Positions 38,845 through 47,500 of a DNA stretch of 64,000 bases are shown in pieces. The stretch lies in the NCBI GenBank assembly GCA_015494465.1, contig WGBD01000008.1:3485-67484 (forward strand). The letters are read 5' to 3'. Source of the stretch: Candidatus Omnitrophota bacterium. GTDB taxonomy: Bacteria > Omnitrophota > Gorgyraeia > S143-82. The position numbers and the translations under genes are program-made. The notes under the pieces were generated by a model, which saw nothing but the letters and a program-made list of their open reading frames with translations, had not been told where the DNA came from and ran no database searches. The first letter of the stretch is position 1. Every line of letters starts with the position of its first letter.

Positions 38845-39090
38845 TCAGTAAGTACAGTACGAACTATGGGTAACATTCTTGTTCACATGATGCCAACTAC
38901 ATCCAGCCATTCCACTGGTGTGAACCGAACCATGGCTGGAGGTGTGGTTACAATGAGCTGAGGCCTCCAGGGTAGAAACCAATGACACCGCGGAAAGGAT
39001 GGCCATACCTTTTATTCCCGACCTAACCAGCGAATCCCGGGAAACAAAACCAGATTCGTCCATCAAAAAATCGCCTATCTTCTTTATCAC
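38845..39090 (-). CDS. His-rich precursor peptide 2 (HxsA-like), 81 aa
   Basis: GTG at 39090 overlaps the hxsB stop (ORF track 39249); leader GDFLMDESG|FVSRD; core with HCN, HTS, HGS, HTS, HVN, HSS. Confidence 0.8.
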   Translation of the reverse strand: MIKKIGDFLMDESGFVSRDSLVRSGIKGMAILSAVSLVSTLEASAHCNHTSSHGSVHTSGMAGCSWHHVNKNVTHSSYCTY

Positions 39091-40454
39091 CCTATCCTTT
39101 GCATTCCCCACGCCTGAAGCTCCTCCTCGTACTCTTCGTAAAGACAAAAGAACAAGCGTATAACCGCGTTGTGGAATTCCAACATCGAAGAATGGCCAAG
39201 TATAGAGCCCGTCTCCTGGTAGGTGTACACAGGGCAGGTCCCCGTCCACGCTATAAAGGGATTACTTGGATCCACGATGTCCAGACAACTCGCAGTGGCC
39301 ATCCCTATAACGGTATCGTGGGCCAAGACATCTTTGTAGTCGTCTTTTAAGACATTACCGATGCGGAACATATCCCTATCTTCGAGCATCCTAGCCTCGT
39401 CGCAGGTGTAAACATCTCCGTTAGGCATGTAAGCAAGGACATTCCTCCCCGCACCACACGGACAACACATGTCCACATAACTGGGATCGGAATAATACAA
39501 TATCTTTTGGGCGACATTGGACATCATCCTCTCTTTAATTGTAATTCCCGACCTGTTCAGATTCAACATATATCTCACAGCTTTCTCGTAGACGCTCATA
39601 AATTCATCCAGAGAATAACCTATTTTCTGCCATGTCTCCGGATCCACATTGATCTTACTAAGGGGTCTAAAGGCTATAGTCTTGATGCCCATATCCACAT
39701 AAGAGTCTATTATCTCCTTCCAATACTTAAGGCTTTCCCTGCTTATGGTCGTGATCAACGAAACAGAAGCCGACCGTCTTTGCAATAGATCAATTGCCTT
39801 CCGCACTACATCGTGGGTAGGCCTTCCGTCGACATAACGGCGATTGAAGTCGTGGACCTGACTTGGCCCATCGTAAGACACGCAAATCCCAACGCCTTTT
39901 TCTTTCAAGAAATCCACCTTCTCTTCGTCAAGCAGAGAACCATTGGTCACCAAAGATATCTCCAGATCCTTCGTTCCGTTATTCCACTCCCTTGCCTTTT
40001 CAACCATAAACTTTAGGGTCTCCCAATTCAAAAGAGGCTCGCCTCCTTGAAATTCCAAGGAGACGCTGTACCTTCTACTATCAAACAAAAACTTCAAGAT
40101 GTGGGCAGCCACCTCCAAACCCATTCTCCTTTTTTCATTACTCCTAGCCTGGCAATACACACAATCGAAATTACATTCCGTGGTAAGGACCGCGATGTGA
40201 AGACCAACATCCGAAAAGAGATGGCTATTCAACGACCTGAAACGGCCCGTTATGTCGTCCAAATTAGCCTCTGAAATGACGATCCCTCGTCTTTCCAATT
40301 TCTCTAGCAGAAAGGGATCTAACTGATCGATGTCTCCCAATCGAAACTGAGAGATGTCATCTAAGAGGGTCCATCCCCCAAACCTATTAGAGATCAAGTA
40401 CTTACCCGTCTTCTCAAAGTATTGCACATAAAAAGGCAGAAATACCCGTTTCAT
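39087..40454 (-). CDS. hxsB: His-Xaa-Ser system radical SAM maturase HxsB
   Basis: LPF...YLISN N-terminus, LHIAVLTTECNFDCVYCQA, EFQGGEPLLN, PCGAG...AY..NGDVYTCDEARML family signature. Confidence 0.88.
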   Translation of the reverse strand: MKRVFLPFYVQYFEKTGKYLISNRFGGWTLLDDISQFRLGDIDQLDPFLLEKLERRGIVISEANLDDITGRFRSLNSHLFSDVGLHIAVLTTECNFDCVYCQARSNEKRRMGLEVAAHILKFLFDSRRYSVSLEFQGGEPLLNWETLKFMVEKAREWNNGTKDLEISLVTNGSLLDEEKVDFLKEKGVGICVSYDGPSQVHDFNRRYVDGRPTHDVVRKAIDLLQRRSASVSLITTISRESLKYWKEIIDSYVDMGIKTIAFRPLSKINVDPETWQKIGYSLDEFMSVYEKAVRYMLNLNRSGITIKERMMSNVAQKILYYSDPSYVDMCCPCGAGRNVLAYMPNGDVYTCDEARMLEDRDMFRIGNVLKDDYKDVLAHDTVIGMATASCLDIVDPSNPFIAWTGTCPVYTYQETGSILGHSSMLEFHNAVIRLFFCLYEEYEEELQAWGMQRIG

Positions 40455-40666
40455 CGGTTAAAATCCCTACTGACAATTAACAACTCCATCAAGGCCTCTT
40501 CTATATCGTCGCCTTGAAACTGCACTTCCCACCTATTGCCATACGGCTTTATCGAAACCAGATTGTACCTGTTCAACACCTCGGAAGGCATCTTATCCAA
40601 GGGATAAACGCTCCTGGATAGAAACACGCGAGCATCTCCGTTTAGCAAGGGCAGGGTATCACTCAT
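40451..40666 (-). CDS. Small HxsD-like protein
   Basis: 71 aa, F..SVY pattern and short alpha/beta layout like HxsD; overlaps both hxsD and hxsB. Confidence 0.5.
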   Translation of the reverse strand: MSDTLPLLNGDARVFLSRSVYPLDKMPSEVLNRYNLVSIKPYGNRWEVQFQGDDIEEALMELLIVSRDFNR

Positions 40667-41033
40667 CCTCTGCTTCTAACTCTTTTATGAGCTCTTCTAT
40701 CTCCTTTTCTTCCGCTTCCTGAATAAATTTCGGAGACGAAGAGAACAGCGCCCGCTGTATGATCAACTTAGCTACTTCATTATTCTCCTTCAGCGAGGCA
40801 AAGTATCTCTCGTAATTTATAAGCTGGTTACCAAATTCCAGCTCGATGTCATCTATAGAAGCACCTCCCTTTGACTTCACATAAGCAATGTAATACTTTT
40901 CATCTTCGTCTATCACGATGTATGCCTTGCCCAAGAATGTATACGCTGCGTTGTAGATGGCCTGCAGGGAATAGAGGTTCTTATTGATCTTTATGGCCTT
41001 CCACCCCCCTTTATAAACAGCCATTCCTACCAC
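40659..41033 (-). CDS. hxsD: His-Xaa-Ser system protein HxsD
   Basis: NLYSLQAIYNAAYTFLGKAYI, EFGNQLINY, LIIQRALF; adjacent to hxsB; alternative ATG at 41024. Confidence 0.8.
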   Translation of the reverse strand: MVGMAVYKGGWKAIKINKNLYSLQAIYNAAYTFLGKAYIVIDEDEKYYIAYVKSKGGASIDDIELEFGNQLINYERYFASLKENNEVAKLIIQRALFSSSPKFIQEAEEKEIEELIKELEAEDE

Positions 41034-41549
41034 CTACCCTCCACAATAATATATCCTTCCATTGACCCTTAGGTCGTGATCAACCGTGAGGTTGTTCTCC
41101 ACTCGCAGATTCCCTTTAACTCTATCCTGAATCGTCAATGTATTCACCTGCAAATGACCTGCTACCGTACCATTACCTGTGACCTCCAAGTTACCGGTAA
41201 CTGTGACCTTGCCATTCGAAGGATCAATAGTTACCGCAGCCCTAGCAGGGTCACCTATGACGACCTTGCCCGTTGCTGTTATGTACAAAGAGCCATCGGT
41301 TGGATCGAAGGTTACCCTGGCTACATTTGAAGTGATATCCTTAAAAAATATCTCTTTCTGCAAAACAATAACCCCGTCCTCAAGGGCTTCACCCATGAGA
41401 CTGCTCCCCACCGAGAGCTTATAAGTCCTCAACTCTTCGTACTCGCCGTAAGGGGACGGATAATAGACGGAAATGGTTTTATGGCTCTCTGACCACCCAA
41501 AGACAGGGATCACCAAGGATAAAAGCAGCAACAAAAATGTATTCTTCAT
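41034..41549 (-). CDS. Exported YYPSPYGEY-motif protein with C-terminal hexapeptide beta repeats
   Basis: Signal peptide, ISVYYPSPYGEYEELR, C-terminal VTVTGNLEVTGNGTVAGHLQV...NLRVENNLTVDHDLRVNG. Confidence 0.7.
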   Translation of the reverse strand: MKNTFLLLLLSLVIPVFGWSESHKTISVYYPSPYGEYEELRTYKLSVGSSLMGEALEDGVIVLQKEIFFKDITSNVARVTFDPTDGSLYITATGKVVIGDPARAAVTIDPSNGKVTVTGNLEVTGNGTVAGHLQVNTLTIQDRVKGNLRVENNLTVDHDLRVNGRIYYCGG

Positions 41550-41580
41550 GGTTTATCCTAACTTCTTCCAACCACATCAA

Positions 41581-41610
41581 ATATTAACACGCAAGCGTCA
41601 ATCAGGTCAA
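41581..41610 (-). promoter_or_regulatory. Putative promoter of the hxs operon
   Basis: Minus strand TTGACC (41610-41605), 18 nt ending TGT (extended -10), TAATAT (41586-41581). Confidence 0.5.
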
Positions 41611-41717
41611 GGACTGCACGACATTGAGACCAGCGATTCAGCACACACCATTGCAAAAAATTGGCCACTGGGCAAGATTAGAAGGATCGCTCGCAGAGAC
41701 GAAACCCGTTCTCGCGC

Positions 41718-44510
41718 CTACCTTCCCAAGATCCGGCGCAGGAACTGGCCGGTGTAGGACCTCGGATTCTTCGCTACCTCCTCGACCGGGCCTTCTGCAA
41801 CTATCCTGCCCCCTTCTTCCCCACCCTCTGGGCCGAGGTCTATTATCCAGTCTGCGGTCTTTATCACATCCAAATTGTGCTCTATCACTACTACGGTATT
41901 GCCCATGTCCACCAATCGGTGCAGGACCTTCAGAAGCTTTTCTTCGTCGGCAAAGTGCAGACCGGTGGTGGGCTCGTCGAGTATGTAAAGGGTATTTCCA
42001 GTATCCTTGCGGGCAAGTTCGCTCGCCAGTTTTACCCTCTGGGCCTCGCCCCCGGACAGGGTGGTCGCAGGTTGACCCAGTTTTATGTACCCCAAACCCA
42101 CATCGTAAAGGGTATCAAGTATTCTCTTTATAGTGGGGATGTTGGAGAACAGCTCCCGGGCGGATTCCACGCTCATCTCCAGGACATCCGCTATGGAATA
42201 GCCCTTGTACTTGACCTGCAGGGTCTGCTGGTTGTAGCGTCTGCCCTTGCACACCTCACAGGGGACATACACATCGGGTAAAAAGTGCATCTCTATCTTT
42301 ATGACTCCCTCTCCCTTACAGGCCTCGCACCTGCCCCCTTTCACATTGAAACTGAACCTTCCGGGTTTGAATCCACGCACCTTGGCAGAGGGCAGTTGAG
42401 CAAACAGCCTGCGGATGTGGGTGAACACATCGGTGTAAGTGGCAGGATTGGAACGCGGGGTCTTGCCTATGGGATCCTGATCCACCATTATAACCTTGTC
42501 TACGGACTGCCAACCGATGATGGACCTGTGGGCTCCGGGCCTCTCCTTGCTCTTGTACAACTTCCGCCTCAAGGCCTTGTAGAGGATGTCGTAGACGAGG
42601 GTGGACTTCCCCGAACCCGACACACCGGTAACGCAGACGAAAACACCCAAGGGGATCTTGACATCTATGTTCTTCAAGTTGTGCTCCCGGGCACCCTTTA
42701 TCCACAACCAACCCTTGGGCTCTCGTTTGGACTTGGAGACCTCTATCTTCAGATCCCCCCGCAGGTACTTTGCGGTTAATGAGCGTTTGTCTCTCAACAG
42801 GTCCTTCACCGGCCCACAGAATACCACCTCTCCGCCGTGCTCCCCTGCACCGGGCCCCATGTCCACCACATAGTCGGCTGACAAGATGGTTTCCGCGTCG
42901 TGTTCCACGACCACCAAGGTGTTGCCGGCCGACTTGAGGGCGAGCAGGGAGTCTATCAGCATCCGGTTGTCCCGGGGGTGCAGTCCGATGCTCGGCTCGT
43001 CGAGCACATACAAGACACCGGTGAGGCCGGATCCTATCTGGGTGGCAAGGCGTATCCTCTGTGCCTCCCCACCTGAGAGTGTCGAACTCAAGCGGTTCAA
43101 TTGCAGGTACCCCACTCCGGTCCTCTCGCAGAACTCCAGTTTCTTTACCGCCTCCCGGAGTATGTGTCTGGCGATCTCCTCCTCTCTCTCGCTGAAGTGC
43201 AGGCCCTTTAGGAACCGGAGGGCAGAGGATATGTCCATCTGGCAGACATCCCATATGTTCTTGCCCCCGACGAACACGCTCAGGGCCTCCTTCCTCAACC
43301 GGGCCCCTCCGCAGGCAGGACAGGGCTTCTCGGACATGTAGCGGGATATCTCTGCCTTTAGTTCCTCGCTGTCGGTCTCCCGGAAGAGGCGCAAGAGGTG
43401 AGGGATAAGCCCCTCAAATGGCTTGCCCCAGACCTCCTCGTCACTGCCGTAGAGGAGTTCCCGCTTCTGCCAGGCGGGGAGTTCCCGAAACGGACGGTGC
43501 ATGTCTATCCCCCGCAGATAGCAGAACTCTCGCAAAAGGGACTTGTAATACATTATGTACCCCCGCCCGCCCTTCCTCCACGGCTCCAGTGCACCCTCCT
43601 CCAGGGACTTATCGGGGTCGGGGATTACCTTGTCCTTGTCCACCTCAAAACTTATCCCCAGGCCATTGCAGACCGGACAGGCCCCGTAAGGGCTGTTAAA
43701 AGAGAAGAGACGCGGTTCTATCTCGGGATAACTTATCCCGCAGTAGGGGCAGGCGAGCTTCTCGCTGAACAGGACCTCCTCCTCTTTCCCTTCCTTATAG
43801 AAGACCACGCTCATCAGGCCGTTCCCCGCCTTCAGGGCGGTCTCTACTGCCTCAGTTATCCTTACCCGGGAACTGGCCTGCACCACCACCCGGTCCACCA
43901 CCAGATCTATGTCGTGGATACGGTACCTGTCCAAGGGCGGGACCTGATCCACCGGATAGACCTGCCCGTCCACCCGCACCCTAGCAAATCCCTGTCTCTG
44001 GATTTCCTTGAACAGGTCCTCGTATCGACCCTTCTTGCCCCTGATTATCGGAGCAAGTATCATCGCCCGGAGTCCCTCGTTATCCGACTTGAGTATTGAA
44101 TTCACGATTTCCTCAGCGCTCTGTCCCCGCATAGGCCGGCCACAGGAGTAGCACCTGACCTCCCCCAACCGGGCAAACAGGAGGCGGAGGTAGTCGTAGA
44201 CCTCGGTCTGGGTGGCGACGATGGAACGGGGGTTGTGGGACAACTTCCTCTGCTCTATCGCTATCGCCGGGGAAAGCCCCTCTATGTAATCCACATCCGG
44301 TTTCTGCAACTGCTGGAGGAACTGCCGGGCGTAGGCAGAGAGGCTTTCCACATACCTTCGCTGTCCCTCGGCATAAAGGGTATCAAAGGCAAGCGAGGAC
44401 TTACCCGACCCGCTTAACCCGGTAATGACCGTAAAGGCCTGAGCGGGTATCTCCAAGGTTATGTTCTTTAGGTTGTGCTCTCTTGCACCTACGACCCTGA
44501 TCTTCCTCAT
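41718..44510 (-). CDS. uvrA: Excinuclease ABC subunit A
   Basis: GAREHNLK, TGLSGSGKSS, zinc fingers, two LSGGEAQR motifs; ATG at 44510 (ORF track 44534). Confidence 0.99.
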   Translation of the reverse strand: MRKIRVVGAREHNLKNITLEIPAQAFTVITGLSGSGKSSLAFDTLYAEGQRRYVESLSAYARQFLQQLQKPDVDYIEGLSPAIAIEQRKLSHNPRSIVATQTEVYDYLRLLFARLGEVRCYSCGRPMRGQSAEEIVNSILKSDNEGLRAMILAPIIRGKKGRYEDLFKEIQRQGFARVRVDGQVYPVDQVPPLDRYRIHDIDLVVDRVVVQASSRVRITEAVETALKAGNGLMSVVFYKEGKEEEVLFSEKLACPYCGISYPEIEPRLFSFNSPYGACPVCNGLGISFEVDKDKVIPDPDKSLEEGALEPWRKGGRGYIMYYKSLLREFCYLRGIDMHRPFRELPAWQKRELLYGSDEEVWGKPFEGLIPHLLRLFRETDSEELKAEISRYMSEKPCPACGGARLRKEALSVFVGGKNIWDVCQMDISSALRFLKGLHFSEREEEIARHILREAVKKLEFCERTGVGYLQLNRLSSTLSGGEAQRIRLATQIGSGLTGVLYVLDEPSIGLHPRDNRMLIDSLLALKSAGNTLVVVEHDAETILSADYVVDMGPGAGEHGGEVVFCGPVKDLLRDKRSLTAKYLRGDLKIEVSKSKREPKGWLWIKGAREHNLKNIDVKIPLGVFVCVTGVSGSGKSTLVYDILYKALRRKLYKSKERPGAHRSIIGWQSVDKVIMVDQDPIGKTPRSNPATYTDVFTHIRRLFAQLPSAKVRGFKPGRFSFNVKGGRCEACKGEGVIKIEMHFLPDVYVPCEVCKGRRYNQQTLQVKYKGYSIADVLEMSVESARELFSNIPTIKRILDTLYDVGLGYIKLGQPATTLSGGEAQRVKLASELARKDTGNTLYILDEPTTGLHFADEEKLLKVLHRLVDMGNTVVVIEHNLDVIKTADWIIDLGPEGGEEGGRIVAEGPVEEVAKNPRSYTGQFLRRILGR

Positions 44511-44514
44511 AGCC

Positions 44515-47500
44515 TCAGAATAAGAGTATACCACCCGCCTTTTCCGGGGGCCTGCTCGGGGGACCTTCGGGAGGTATCAGGGAGGAAAGGAACTCCAATG
44601 ACTCACCCTCCATTATGAGCTGTCCGAGACCGAATCTCAGGAACTGATCCCCCTCCTGGAGGAGGTTGTGCTTCTCCAGTACGACCCCCACGGCAACCAA
44701 CCACTGGCCCAGACTCCACTTTTCATCCTCTGCCACTCGGGACACCGACCTCATCTCTGCAATTGCCTCGTCCACCGCCTGCTCCATCTCTTCGGGATAG
44801 AGGTCTGCCAAGGTAGATCTTATCTCCTCCCACTCGTTTCTCTCAAGCAGATCCCTCCAAGGGAACTCCATCTTAAGCCACCTCTTCAAGGAATCCCTGC
44901 CCTCTACGATGTCGTCCAGCAGGGTCTTTATCTCGTACAGACCCGCAGAGGCCCTATTGCGGAACCGCTCGTAGAGATCCGTCGCCTCCCTCTGTAAGGC
45001 GACTATCCGCTCCCCGACCGGCAGTATACGCTCTACACCAAAGATGTCCTTCAACTTCCCTGCCATGTCCTGCGGATCGTACACAAGCCTCCACTGCCTC
45101 TGTCCGGGCAGTCTTGCCTCCGTCTCCATCCACTTCACCGCCACCCGTCTTACATCCAACCTCTTCTCCCAGAACCTGCGGGCAGACGGGGAAGAAAACC
45201 GCATAAGCCCGTAGACCGCCTTCCCGCTTACCGACACCCCAGCCTGCCCCAGAGAGACCCTTGCCTGAGGTAATATCTCCTTAGGAATGTATGTCTTCTC
45301 GTCGGGAATCACTATCGTGGACACCAAATCGGTCAACTCGTAATCCCCGGGAAGGCCTTCGGCCAACAGGCCCAATAACCCGTCTACATCCCATCCGTAG
45401 GTCTCGTTGTCCTGCCCTGCAGGCAGGACCAATACCACCTCCCTGCCCTCCGCCATCGCCTGCCTGAGAAACTCCAACACCGACCGCATCTTAAAAAACG
45501 GAAGGATTGAGGTGAAGAAACTGCCCGGTCCGATGACTATTGGGCCGCCTCTCTCACCGGCAAGGAGCTCCACATCCTTACCCATAATCAGATTCCTCAC
45601 CCCCTCCTCGCTGGCAAGGGCAAAGAGCTTCTTGGGGTCCTTGCTCTCCACCTCTAGAAAACCTAAAGAAACTATTGGAAGCTGGGAAAACCACTCGGTA
45701 ATACCCGTCTGGGTGATGACCACCTCCCCGCTGATGTAGACCTTCCAAGGGCCGACCACCGCAACCGGCTCGTCCTCCTCCGTTGCCTCTGCGCCCCTCC
45801 TCCTACCGCTACCGTCCCTGGCCAGATAGACCCTTTTGCCCTCCACCTCAACAGCGGGATCAAAACCACCTCCCTCCACGAGACGAATCCCCCCAACGAT
45901 CGGGACATCGCCCTCGAGTGATACCACCAGACCTTCTGCCAGAGCAATCTCGCTTCCCGGGGAGAGATCGTAGACCTCCTGCCTGCCCCCTTTCAGCACC
46001 TTCACCTTCCATCCCTCTCCAGCGCGATAGAGCCCTGCGTAGACGGTCCCCTGCTGGGACTGCAGACGAACGGTCCAGCCCCTCCTGCGGGCGAATAAGG
46101 TATAAGGGCGCTCTTGGGAGAAGGCTATCCTCTTGTTGTCCAGGCCCAAGAGCATAACCGAGGAATCCAGGACCTCCTGGGCATCGGACCTCGCTACACC
46201 AAACTGGAGTCGCATTATCGCATACAACAGGGCGTTCCTGAGGGACATCCGATCCTCCTCCAAGACCTCAGGAAGGTGCGATCTGCGGATCCTGTACATA
46301 AGGTAAAGGAGTCTGGTCAGGTCGTCTTCCTCTTCTTCGGGAAGGGCCTCGTTCTTTTGCCTTAGATAGCGGACTACCGACGAAAGGGTCTTAACGAGGA
46401 CCTCTTCTTTTTTCGTCCGTTTGTCGTCGGTAAAGAGATGATACTTCCAGCCCTTGAGAAAACCGGTCAGGGCGTTTGCAGCATCCCCCAGAGGAATGGG
46501 ATCCCTGCGTCCCTCCTCTTCCATCGCCAACATAAACCTCAGGGAGCTCCCTCCGTCGTCTAAGTTGTGCACCAGATAGATGGCGGAGGGATCTCCAAAG
46601 GCATCCATTACATCCCTCCAGAGGTACCTCACCGATGTACCACCGCCCAGAAAGACCACATCGAACGGTTGCAACGCGAACCCCGTCTCCCGAGTCCAGG
46701 TCAAAAATCCCATCACATCCCGGGTGCGAGCCTCCAAAAATCCTTCCAAGGCGGGCAGGATGCGGGAGATTAACTCCTCCAGATCCGCCTCTGGCCAGGC
46801 GGTCAGGGCGTTCACTACCCCCGCGAGGTTGCCTTCCTCCAGTCTCTTAGTCAAGGCAGAGGCCTCAAACTCCATCCACCGGTTATAACGCCGATTGGCA
46901 TAGGCAAGGACATGTAGAACCTGTCTGCTCGCCTCCATCTCACCCTTTACCCACAGGGTGCCTTCCCGGAACTGGTCCCCCACATTGACCACTTGCCCCA
47001 CCCTGCCAATTACCACCACATCGTTCCCGTCCGGACCAAACCCGTCCCCGAGATAGACGACCTGGCCTGGATCCACCCCGAAGACATCCCTGAGTTTCTC
47101 TATCCCTATCCCCTTGCCCCCGGGCAGGGTGATGTCTATACTGAAAGTACCTGCAAGGGCAACCTTAAGATCCACGCCCAGGTCTCCAAGGGCAGACCCT
47201 ATCTCATCTGCCAATGCCTCCCTTACCTGCCGGGACCTCTCCGGGTCTATCTCCTGCTCGAGGCGCCTCCTCTCCTCCCGGGTAAAACCATAGCCCCAAG
47301 GACAAAACACTATAGACGACTCCCTCACCAGGAGCACATCCCCCCGCACGGGCCTTAGATTATGCCTATCTGCTATCTCCCGCAGGGTCATTATCAGCGA
47401 CTGCAATTTCTCCTGCCCCAACACATTCACTAGTCTGATGCAATAGACCTGTCGCATCTCGCCTGCCTCCACCCGCCAGGCGACTGCACCGCTCTCTCCC

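Noticed and set aside
39091-39249. N-terminal extension of the 134-aa ORF for precursor 2
   Set aside because: Overlaps the hxsB 3' end; alignment with precursor 1 and the GTGA coupling place the start at 39090
28393-41717. Calling the island a mobile element
   Set aside because: No integrase, transposase, att-like repeat or tRNA target seen; reported only as a compositional island
42316-43254. 312-aa same-strand alternative-frame ORF inside uvrA
   Set aside because: Arg/Gly/Pro-rich off-frame translation with no domain signal
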